From a virus: 64,000 bases of DNA. The position numbers and the translations under genes are program-made. Shown here piece after piece: positions 18,936-26,724 of the stretch (positions are counted from its first letter, which is position 1; the number at the start of each line of letters is the position of its first letter). The stretch spans positions 1 through 64,000 of IMG/VR virus record IMGVR_UViG_3300044695_007705. One strand, given 5' to 3'. Under the pieces are notes generated by a model. The model was not told the origin of the DNA. It did not search any database and saw only the letters and a list, made by a program, of their open reading frames with translations.

Positions 18936-19404
18936 CGAAAAATCCGTAAGCCGACCATTCCGGGTCTTTAGTTTGTTGTACGGTTTCAACCACTTTCGGA
19001 AGAGGCGGTCTAGGCTTCCTCTTTAATACCATTCCCGTTTGTTGCAGGGGCCTATCCGCCTTCTTAACATTGCACTTGGAGCATGCCAGCACAAGGTTTT
19101 CCCAAGTATCCTGACCACCCCTGCTTCTGGCAATAACATGGTCGATTGTTAGACTCCTGGTGCTGCCACAATACTGGCAACTGTAGCCATCTCGCCTGTA
19201 GATTCCCGTCTTTGTAGGTTTTTCTCTGGCCGCCCGACTAAGCGGCATTTTAATATACTTGAGAAGGCGGATTACTTTCTCTGATACCCGCTGCGCTCTG
19301 TTTTTTAGCAAAAGAACAATAGCCCTTCTTCCACGGACAATGTTCAAAGGCGTGTAGTCGAAGTTTAAAACTAAAACCTCAATCTCTGGACTTAAACTCG
19401 TCAC
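18931..19404 (-). CDS. HNH endonuclease (bacterial-type)
   Basis: VLVLN.DY.PL; RDGYSCQYCG..LTIDHVIARSRGG.DTWENLVLACSKCN. Confidence 0.9.
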   Translation of the reverse strand: MTSLSPEIEVLVLNFDYTPLNIVRGRRAIVLLLKNRAQRVSEKVIRLLKYIKMPLSRAAREKPTKTGIYRRDGYSCQYCGSTRSLTIDHVIARSRGGQDTWENLVLACSKCNVKKADRPLQQTGMVLKRKPRPPLPKVVETVQQTKDPEWSAYGFFG

Positions 19405-19555
19405 CCGTACCTCCGCAATCAGGGCATTCTACTGCTTCGGACCTCGGGCATTCTTTACCCGGGTCGTATATTTCAAGTACGTTGAATCCCCGCCCCTGGC
19501 AATTTTTACACCAAGGGCGTTTGAAGTCGGGTATCAATACTTGCGGATTGCTCAT
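19379..19555 (-). CDS. Small zinc-finger protein with two CxxCxGxG (DnaJ-type) motifs
   Basis: CKNCQGRG and CPDCGGTG; ATG at 19555 overlaps the dUTPase stop. Confidence 0.6.
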   Translation of the reverse strand: MSNPQVLIPDFKRPWCKNCQGRGFNVLEIYDPGKECPRSEAVECPDCGGTGDEFKSRD

Positions 19556-20202
19556 ACCCCTGTCGAGCCGAACCCGCCCAATGACCTTTCCGTCTTGGTA
19601 AATACGCTTTTGTCCCTGGTTACGACGGAGTCGGATTGGTCGATGGCAAGTTCGCACACCCCTTGGGCAATTCGTGCGCCATGAGTAAACACATGGTAAT
19701 TGTCCCCCAACGAGCCTTTGCCTATCTCGTTCGTCAAAGATACCTTGACCCAGTCCCTGTATCCCGAGTCGATAACTCCTGGCGAGTTCGTGACAACCAC
19801 GCCGTGATTATGACACAAGCCGCTTCTCCCTACAATTTTATATTGGAGAACGAATTGATTCCAAGGAGGGCCTGGATACACTTTTTGTATCTCTGGCAAG
19901 ACGATTTTGAAACCAGAATTCACAAGGACTGTCTCTCCAGGCGGGAGAAAAACCGCCCCCCTTTCGTTCTCGATTTTTTCAAGAAAGAAGGGAAGCAATT
20001 CCGATTCAAAATGCTCGCCATTGATATACAGCTTATAGCCGTATTTCAAAGCGTCGGACTCGAACTCTCGGAAAAAGCGGATCGCGTCAGCCCGATTAAA
20101 TCCGCCCTCTACGAACGCTTTGATGTCCGCTCCGGCATCACCTGGGTGCGCCACTTGGGGGGCAAAGTTCTCGTCTTCAACGTAAAAAGTAGGCTTGAGC
20201 AT
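19552..20202 (-). CDS. dut: Trimeric dUTPase with insertion
   Basis: Motifs AGADI, GRSGL, PGVIDSGYR, RIAQ, RSLGGFGSTG. Confidence 0.9.
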   Translation of the reverse strand: MLKPTFYVEDENFAPQVAHPGDAGADIKAFVEGGFNRADAIRFFREFESDALKYGYKLYINGEHFESELLPFFLEKIENERGAVFLPPGETVLVNSGFKIVLPEIQKVYPGPPWNQFVLQYKIVGRSGLCHNHGVVVTNSPGVIDSGYRDWVKVSLTNEIGKGSLGDNYHVFTHGARIAQGVCELAIDQSDSVVTRDKSVFTKTERSLGGFGSTGV

Positions 20203-20223
20203 TTGATTTTAGATAGCGGTTAA

Positions 20224-20232
20224 ATTTTAACA
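20224..20232 (-). promoter_or_regulatory. Extended -10 promoter (TGtTAAAAT)
   Basis: 21 nt upstream of the dUTPase ATG. Confidence 0.5.
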
Positions 20233-20240
20233 CAGGAGGT

Positions 20241-22181
20241 TCAACCCTGGCAAGCCAGGCATTCCCTGTATTCCGGCTCGGCCTCGGGGGAAAGCATCGC
20301 TTCCAAGCCTTCGTACCCACCTTCGACATGGCTGCCGTTAATCCATATTTGCGGTACGGTTTGATACGGCCAGTCCACGTCGCTGATTTCCGACCTGTCC
20401 TTTTCTTGAATAACAAATCCGGCCTTGGTAAGGAGTTCTTTGGCTTTTACGCACCACGGACAACCATCTTTCGTCACAATTAAGGCGACGGGCGATGAAA
20501 CGGTTACTTGTTTAGCTGCTTTCTTAACTTGTAAAGAAGTTGACTTCAAATAATACAAAGACTTAAGGCCGACTTTCCAAGCCAACAAATGCAGCTTGTA
20601 CAGGTATTCTGCCGTTGACTCAGGATCGACAAACAGGTTAAGGGACTGGCCCTGGCACACGTACCTCTGCCGGTCAGAAGCCTGTTTTACCAGCTCAAAC
20701 TGGTCGATTTCCCGGGCCGTTTTGAACACGTTTTTTACATTCTCGCTTAAAAAGTCGAGATGCTGTACGCTTCCACGCTCATCAAGAATACTATCCCATA
20801 CGTCTTGAGTATTTTTACCTATTGAGGTGAGGTGTGCTTCGAGGTACGGGTTTCGACGCACAAAGGTTCCCTTGTCATTAGTCGCGACGAACAAGTTCGC
20901 GATGATGGGCTCGATGCCTTCGCTTACTGCACCGCATATGACAGAGTTTGTTTTAGTAGGAGCAATTGCAGTTCGAGTAGCGTGGCGGATTCCATGCCCC
21001 TCGCACCATTCCGGTTCGCCGTACTCCCTCGCCATGTCCTGAGACGCTTTTAGGGTCATTTCGTCTATATATCTGTGGGTTTCAATGTTTAACTCGCGTG
21101 CTTTTTGGCTTGCGAAAGGCAGTCCGCGAGACTGGTAAAGGGCATGCAGACCCATTGTCCCCAGCCCGAGTGAACGGGACTTGGACGTGAATCTTACCGC
21201 ACGCCCCATGGACGGGATTCTCTTCGCCTTGTGGATAAATTCTTCGACAATCGCGTCCAGAAAATAGATTCCTAGTTCTGGAACGGTTTTACCGGTGTTT
21301 CTCCCCTTCCAATCTTTCCACTCGTCGAACTTAGCCAGGTTAAGAGATGATAGTACACATGTAAACGAATGATTTTCATCCATAGGCAACATGATCTCTG
21401 AACATAAGTTCGAGGATATAATATTCAAATTGCGTTTCTTGAAGCATTCTGGCGCCTGGTTATTAGCATTGTCTACAAACATTAAGTAAGGCGAGCCGGA
21501 TACCAAACGACTTCTCAACACCTCTCCAAATATTCTCTGCTTGTCTTTATCGCCCTCTAACATCTCCTCAATCCACTTGTTCTTTACAACTACAGCAAGG
21601 TTCGAGTCGATGAAATTGCGCGGATCGCCCTGGCTATGGTCTTTGCTGCGCAAAGCGTCCATGAGGTCAGGGTGCTCAATAGGGATGTAAAGAGCGAATG
21701 AGCCGCGCCTTGTGTTCCCCTGGCTAACAATGGCTGCAGTACGGTCATAAAGGCGCATCCATTCCACAATCGAGCCGGACTTGCCACCACCGCTGATCGG
21801 AGAGCCGCTGGGGCGAAGTTCACCAAAATAACTCCCCACACCCCCGCCATGCTTACTCAATGCAGCAACTTCTTTCAAATGGCTAAAGATGTTATTTGTA
21901 TCATCTTTGATGGTATGAGAATAGCAGGAAGCCGGAAGTCCTCTATTCGTACCGAAATTACTTAACACAGGAGACGCACCTCCCATGTAACCTTTCCAAA
22001 ACATCTCCATAATATCTTCGCCGATTCCCGGTCTTTTAAGATATTTTTCGGCCGTTAACGAGCACCGCTTCCACATCTCGCGTGGAGTCTCGCCAGGCAA
22101 TAAATAGCCATTCGCAAGTACTTGTTGCGCTTCTTCGTTGAGCCAGTCGGGGTGTGTAGCTAGGGTGTCAATGTCAAACAT
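20241..22181 (-). CDS. nrdA: Class I ribonucleotide reductase alpha subunit (no ATP cone) with an inserted C-terminal glutaredoxin domain
   Basis: PASC, SNLCSEI, TCVLSSLN, AIAPT, QGQSLN, KSLYY; then CPWC..TVPQIWING..GGY; ends CLACQG. Confidence 0.93.
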   Translation of the reverse strand: MFDIDTLATHPDWLNEEAQQVLANGYLLPGETPREMWKRCSLTAEKYLKRPGIGEDIMEMFWKGYMGGASPVLSNFGTNRGLPASCYSHTIKDDTNNIFSHLKEVAALSKHGGGVGSYFGELRPSGSPISGGGKSGSIVEWMRLYDRTAAIVSQGNTRRGSFALYIPIEHPDLMDALRSKDHSQGDPRNFIDSNLAVVVKNKWIEEMLEGDKDKQRIFGEVLRSRLVSGSPYLMFVDNANNQAPECFKKRNLNIISSNLCSEIMLPMDENHSFTCVLSSLNLAKFDEWKDWKGRNTGKTVPELGIYFLDAIVEEFIHKAKRIPSMGRAVRFTSKSRSLGLGTMGLHALYQSRGLPFASQKARELNIETHRYIDEMTLKASQDMAREYGEPEWCEGHGIRHATRTAIAPTKTNSVICGAVSEGIEPIIANLFVATNDKGTFVRRNPYLEAHLTSIGKNTQDVWDSILDERGSVQHLDFLSENVKNVFKTAREIDQFELVKQASDRQRYVCQGQSLNLFVDPESTAEYLYKLHLLAWKVGLKSLYYLKSTSLQVKKAAKQVTVSSPVALIVTKDGCPWCVKAKELLTKAGFVIQEKDRSEISDVDWPYQTVPQIWINGSHVEGGYEGLEAMLSPEAEPEYRECLACQG

Positions 22182-22285
22182 GATAAAAAAAAGACGAAAA
22201 ATTCCTTCACAAAAGATTTACATCTTTTGCGTTAGTTAGCAATTAAGGGGTTGGTTATCTCTTAGGGGTTAGGGAGGCCGAGGGC

Positions 22286-22777
22286 TCAGTCTTTCCATTT
22301 CGCACCTTCCTCCATAAGGCCGTCATCCCAACTATCTTTAACATTTTTACTCCTATTGCACCAGTAGAGATTAGTTAGCCTATTATCCGGTTTGCCATCT
22401 TCGCCAGTAGGATGCCTATGGCAGATGACTATGTTCTCTCCACTGGGTTTTTCAGGTCCAAATAACTCCATCACGGCTTGGTGGATGAAGAATTCCTCGC
22501 GATGTGGAACTCCATCTCTGACCCAAGTGGCATTTAACCTAAACTTCCCCCTGTCGTCAGACCGGGGTTTTCTCATTTTTATCGAACCATCTTCTCTTAC
22601 TCGGCGCACTCTCCCCATATCACTCACCTGGTAAGGGGAGTCTTTCCACCTAAGCCATTTTTCCTTCTTCTCATCTTCCGGACTCAATTCAGGCACTTCT
22701 TCAAAAGATTCCGAACCTTCGGTCTGATCTTTATCGGGAAGATGCCACCCAGTAGGGATATTAACATTAATCTCCAT
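22286..22777 (-). CDS. NUMOD4-HNH endonuclease with an acidic N-terminal leader
   Basis: EKW...YQVSDMGRVR (NUMOD4); ICH..DNRLTNLYWC...N. Start reassigned to ATG 22777 because a small ORF fills the upstream space. Confidence 0.8.
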   Translation of the reverse strand: MEINVNIPTGWHLPDKDQTEGSESFEEVPELSPEDEKKEKWLRWKDSPYQVSDMGRVRRVREDGSIKMRKPRSDDRGKFRLNATWVRDGVPHREEFFIHQAVMELFGPEKPSGENIVICHRHPTGEDGKPDNRLTNLYWCNRSKNVKDSWDDGLMEEGAKWKD

Positions 22778-22781
22778 GACA

Positions 22782-22952
22782 TTAAATATCCCAAGAGTCG
22801 ACAGGCTGTTTGGAGTATGTCTTCTTGCCATTCTCATTCTTTCGGTGAATCTCTAGTAAACTATCAGAAACTCCAGCTTGAGTAATCAAGCAAATAGTCC
22901 CGTAGTTATATTTCATGATGTCCTTGTTTTTGTCGGTTTTAGAGAGTGCCAT
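22782..22952 (-). CDS. 56-aa hypothetical protein
   Basis: Hand translation MALSKTDKNKD...VDSWDI; fills the gap in the operon. Confidence 0.5.
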   Translation of the reverse strand: MALSKTDKNKDIMKYNYGTICLITQAGVSDSLLEIHRKNENGKKTYSKQPVDSWDI

Positions 22953-23025
22953 GGGGGGGGTTAGTAATTGGTAATGGGATGGGGTTTAAAAATGAAGGAC
23001 AGGGGGGAGTGATAATTCCCTAATT

Positions 23026-23880
23026 TTAGCAGGCAGTGAGGCCGAGTTCGGGGCAAAATTTATTATTTTTAGCCATATTTTCCCCCTCCGTTATCACTCT
23101 CAGATTCCAAGGTACATGTAAGCCGCACATTTTGTTGTGCTTTAAAGGTATTATGTGGTCTACGTGGAAAACTTTACCTGTTTCTCTTTCCAGGGCTTTA
23201 GCAAGCAAGTGCATATTACTGATTTCTTTTTTATGGCTCTCGTTTAGCCAAGGTGGCATTGAATTCCTCTTTCTCGCTCTCTTTTCTGAACTCTGTCTTC
23301 TAACCATAGGGGTATTTTTAGAAGCCCAATCTCTCTGTTTTTTAATAATTTTTTCCCTATTTTCAATGTAGTATTCTTTAGACTTTTTTCGTATCTCTTC
23401 CCTCTTCTCTAAATATCTGCTCTTGTCATAGTCTTTTTTCCTGCCTTTGTTATTCTTGTTGTACTCACAAAAATACACTTTTTGGCAGTCTTTGCAATTG
23501 CTACTGTAACCGTCTTTGGTGGATCGGGACTTGGTAAAAGATGATACTTCTTTAACTTTGCCGCAGCACGAGCAAGCTTTTTCATTTATAGACCTACTAC
23601 TATTTCTACATGCACTGCATACTTTGTATAATCCCGTCTTAGTAGGGCTACCAGTAAAGTTATCCTTGTGTTTTTTAGTCTTACATTTACTGCAAGAGAT
23701 CATCTGGTTGGGGTCTAAAATTCTCTTGGCAGTTTTTTCTTTATTTAACGTGTTAACACATAATTTACAAATGTTGCATCTTTTATCTTTATTGGCACTA
23801 TTCACATGGAATTCATTGAGATTTTTCTCAACATTGCACCTTGTGCAACTCTTTTTATCCGTCAGACAGAAAGTTTCCAT
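23026..23880 (-). CDS. Free-standing HNH homing-type endonuclease with three Zn-finger repeats
   Basis: Three CxxC..CxxC units; PPWL..FHVDHIIPL..CGLHVPWNL..EN..KNN; AT-rich; probable start METFC at 23880. Confidence 0.85.
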   Translation of the reverse strand: METFCLTDKKSCTRCNVEKNLNEFHVNSANKDKRCNICKLCVNTLNKEKTAKRILDPNQMISCSKCKTKKHKDNFTGSPTKTGLYKVCSACRNSSRSINEKACSCCGKVKEVSSFTKSRSTKDGYSSNCKDCQKVYFCEYNKNNKGRKKDYDKSRYLEKREEIRKKSKEYYIENREKIIKKQRDWASKNTPMVRRQSSEKRARKRNSMPPWLNESHKKEISNMHLLAKALERETGKVFHVDHIIPLKHNKMCGLHVPWNLRVITEGENMAKNNKFCPELGLTAC

Positions 23881-23881
23881 T

Positions 23882-24037
23882 CTAGTTAGTCTTTTTAAGG
23901 TAATTGAGTCGGGCGAAGTAGTAAGCGCTCCAGGCAAGTTCGGGATCGGTGAAAGTCTTAACCCCGGACAAAGTCTTTACTACCCATGTGTTTCCGGGCT
24001 GCTGGAGATAAGGCTTTGGAAACGGGTAGTCAGCCAT
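23882..24037 (-). CDS. 51-aa hypothetical protein
   Basis: Hand translation MADYPFPKPYLQQPGNTWVV...YLKKTN; fills the nrdB-HNH gap. Confidence 0.5.
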   Translation of the reverse strand: MADYPFPKPYLQQPGNTWVVKTLSGVKTFTDPELAWSAYYFARLNYLKKTN

Positions 24038-24046
24038 TAGATCAGG

Positions 24047-25051
24047 TCATGTCAGAACCAGGTCCAAGGCCCTAAGATCGACGTTGTCAAAGTCTTGGCT
24101 GGGTTTCGCCACATAACCACCGCCATCTTTGCTCATGGAGAAAAAGTCAGTATTGGTTTGGCCTTTGACCATAGGGTCGAACCAGGAAGCGATGTTCCGC
24201 GCCAGAGAAACTTGCTCGTCACTCATTTCATACCTCATATCAAGGTCGAGGTTTTGGAAACGGTCGTTTGCCCGGTACAATATATACGCTTTTAGATCGT
24301 CTAAAGAGATAGGGATAGCAGTGTTATCTACTTTGCTAAAGATGTTCTCCAGAAAGCTGTATTCATTAGAAATGATAGAGTCGAAACCTTGTTTGATTTG
24401 GCGCTCTTCTTCTTCCGTAATACCTGTTTCTTTTACGAGTTGTTTGAATAGTAAACTGCCTGCGTCACTGTGAGCCATTTCGTCCCTGACCGACCATGAT
24501 ATGATTTGCGCTAGTCCTTTGAGTTTACCGCCTCTGTTAAAAGCTAGTAAAATTGCAAAGGACGAGTATAGTGAAACTCCTTCACCACAACCAGAAAACA
24601 CAGCTAATGATACCTTTTCCGACTCGCACTCAGTAAAGAACCTTTCAACTTTTGTTTTAGCCGCCTCGTCCGCCATGAACTCTTCGAACTCATTAAGGCC
24701 GAGTGTATCTGAGAGATAGTTATAAGCCGCTGCGTGGATACGTTCAAACGCGCTGAACGTCCTTGCCATGTCTTGGATTTCCGGCTTAGGGAACGTTCTG
24801 CATACCGTGTCTCCCCAATAACACGAGATGCCTAGTTCGGCGGAGGTGAAACCGCGCAACACACCGGCCACCAAATCTTTCTCCGACTGCGATAAGTTAT
24901 GCTCCCAGTCCAAACAATCACTTTTCAGGCTGACTTCCCACGGATTCCACACCGACAAGATCGCCTTTTTAAAATAATCGTTGAATTCAGGAAAGTCGTA
25001 TCCATGGTCGAATTTGTAGACCATGGGGGGATGAGAAAGAATCGAGGCCAT
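24047..25051 (-). CDS. nrdB: Class I ribonucleotide reductase beta subunit
   Basis: W.PWEV, GFTSAE, ERIHAAAY, EGVSLYSSF, SVRDEMAH, TDFF. Confidence 0.93.
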   Translation of the reverse strand: MASILSHPPMVYKFDHGYDFPEFNDYFKKAILSVWNPWEVSLKSDCLDWEHNLSQSEKDLVAGVLRGFTSAELGISCYWGDTVCRTFPKPEIQDMARTFSAFERIHAAAYNYLSDTLGLNEFEEFMADEAAKTKVERFFTECESEKVSLAVFSGCGEGVSLYSSFAILLAFNRGGKLKGLAQIISWSVRDEMAHSDAGSLLFKQLVKETGITEEEERQIKQGFDSIISNEYSFLENIFSKVDNTAIPISLDDLKAYILYRANDRFQNLDLDMRYEMSDEQVSLARNIASWFDPMVKGQTNTDFFSMSKDGGGYVAKPSQDFDNVDLRALDLVLT

Positions 25052-25071
25052 TTAGCGTGTGGGTTGGAATA

Positions 25072-25080
25072 ATTATATCA
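25072..25080 (-). promoter_or_regulatory. Extended -10 promoter (TGaTATAAT)
   Basis: Perfect match 20 nt upstream of the nrdB ATG. Confidence 0.6.
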
Positions 25081-25599
25081 CAAAGCGAGAGTTTCCGGGA
25101 ATCTTTCTCGAAGTTGGGCCAGGGCAGAATCGGGCAAAGTAGCCGAAAGCGTCCTATAGGCGTCTTGCAAAGCAGAGGTCCGGTCACCACGCATAGGGGA
25201 TTTATAAGTCTCACCACCTTTGAAATTGGGCACTACGGTGTACATTTTCTCCGATTTGATATCTTGCACAAGGTAGTAGTTACGGCCTTGGACAACACCA
25301 TCCTCAAGGACGATGTGCCCTATGGGGAGGTCGATGGTGCCGACATCGGCAGGGTCTTTGTCCCCAGCTTTAGGGCGATAGTCATCTTTACCGCCGTAAC
25401 CGTCTCGGTTATCTGACACTTTCGTAGCACCAAATTCCGAGTCAGGGGACACATACCTGCTATGATAGTCGTCTTCCCCCTCACCAATTTGGTTAGAAGG
25501 AATGTCGTTAGGGCCTGTGCCCATTCTCGCCTCACCAAACTCGTAAGACATTTCTTCTTTGTTCAGTGACGACCAGCCATAAGGCGCTTTCGTTTCCAT
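25078..25599 (-). CDS. Acidic late protein with N-terminal PYGW tag
   Basis: 173 aa; preceded by GTTGAAAGC. Confidence 0.6.
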   Translation of the reverse strand: METKAPYGWSSLNKEEMSYEFGEARMGTGPNDIPSNQIGEGEDDYHSRYVSPDSEFGATKVSDNRDGYGGKDDYRPKAGDKDPADVGTIDLPIGHIVLEDGVVQGRNYYLVQDIKSEKMYTVVPNFKGGETYKSPMRGDRTSALQDAYRTLSATLPDSALAQLRERFPETLAL

Positions 25600-25623
25600 T
25601 AGCTCGACTTGTTAAGATAACAA

Positions 25624-25632
25624 GCTTTCAAC
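25624..25632 (-). promoter_or_regulatory. GTTGAAAGC putative late promoter
   Basis: 24 nt upstream of ATG 25599, directly after a terminator. Confidence 0.7.
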
Positions 25633-25635
25633 TAA

Positions 25636-25660
25636 GAAAACCCCGGGCGTAGGCCCGGGG
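25636..25660 (-). terminator. Intrinsic terminator
   Basis: CCCCGGGC-CTAC-GCCCGGGG-TTTTC downstream of the 25675..26637 gene. Confidence 0.8.
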
Positions 25661-25674
25661 AGTGCTAAGGGCGA

Positions 25675-26637
25675 TCAGGCGAAGTTCAGATCCAGGGCGT
25701 CCGGATTGACTTCTTCCTGCCTGCTCAGGATCAGCGTGCAACGGATCCGAGTCTTGCCATCGCTTGTGACTTCCTTGTCCTTGATATGGAGCAAGGCGGG
25801 CTTTTCCGCTGTGATCTCAGGCGAAGTTGCCAGCAGCGAGCGGAGACTGGTATGAGCCCAGGTCTCAGCAGTTTGACCGGTCCCCACCGGATAATCGCCG
25901 ATCACGATCCGATACGAAGTACCGAATTTCGTGTTCGCGCTCCGATAGCCGATCACACTGTACTGCCCGATTTCGAGGTCGCGGAAGTCGATCTCGCTGT
26001 CGCAGTCGGAGCGCATGCCCCCAGACCCACGGGGAGTAACCTCCTGCACAAGGGGAAGAATGTCATCCACCGCCTTGTTCTTTTTGAGCAAGGAGTTGAG
26101 AGCTTTTGTCTCAGGCGGGTTCTGGTAGTCAATGAACCGAACTGCAATGGGCATGGCGGTTTGACCCGAGCCATCCTCTTCGTCAACAGACACCATCAGG
26201 CAAGCGTCGGGTCCACGGCCGGAGAAGTTGAATGCAGCGAATTCAGCCTCAAGCGTTACAGCTTGGCCGTTAATTTCTACGCCCAAGCCCTCCTTGCCCA
26301 GAGTGACAGGGATGTAGCGATTGCCCCATTGAATGGTGAACGAGCCGGTGGAAGTACCTTCGACCTCGTCATTCCCTGCCTTGAGAATGGGGCCGAAAAG
26401 GCGGTTGTAAACACCGTCTTCCGCCTTGATAAGGAACGTGTTCTCTTCGAGAGGGAGTTCTTCGCCAGTCAAAGCGGTAAACACCTTGTCCAGGGCGAGA
26501 CGCATCGCCTTGGGCAGATTCGCGTTAGGCAGAGCGGTGTACTGCTTAGAGTACTCACGTCCTGCGAGCGGGGCGAGATCGGGGCTTGTGGTCCCCACCT
26601 CGATCACGTTGACGGTAAAAGTTGTAGCCGTGGTCAT
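25675..26637 (-). CDS. Probable single-stranded DNA-binding protein
   Basis: Beta-rich acidic protein, TKFGTSY motif, acidic/aromatic C-terminal tail, strong codon bias, own terminator; function inferred. Confidence 0.45.
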   Translation of the reverse strand: MTTATTFTVNVIEVGTTSPDLAPLAGREYSKQYTALPNANLPKAMRLALDKVFTALTGEELPLEENTFLIKAEDGVYNRLFGPILKAGNDEVEGTSTGSFTIQWGNRYIPVTLGKEGLGVEINGQAVTLEAEFAAFNFSGRGPDACLMVSVDEEDGSGQTAMPIAVRFIDYQNPPETKALNSLLKKNKAVDDILPLVQEVTPRGSGGMRSDCDSEIDFRDLEIGQYSVIGYRSANTKFGTSYRIVIGDYPVGTGQTAETWAHTSLRSLLATSPEITAEKPALLHIKDKEVTSDGKTRIRCTLILSRQEEVNPDALDLNFA

Positions 26638-26724
26638 ACGATTTGGTCCTTTGGATTTGGACGATAGGGAGAAATTCCCCTCGTCATGTTTTTACTATAC
26701 ACCGCGCCGGGGGCGGCGGCGAAT

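Noticed and set aside
23881-24046. Possible HEARO/omega-like structured RNA upstream of the HNH gene (ACTACCC..GTTTCC / GGAAAC..GGGTAGT pairing)
   Set aside because: The gap is filled by a plausible 51-aa ORF, it is short, and the HNH lacks IscB RuvC/PLMP features
25786-26667. 293-aa plus-strand ORF (similarly 6437..7348)
   Set aside because: Antisense to well-supported minus-strand genes
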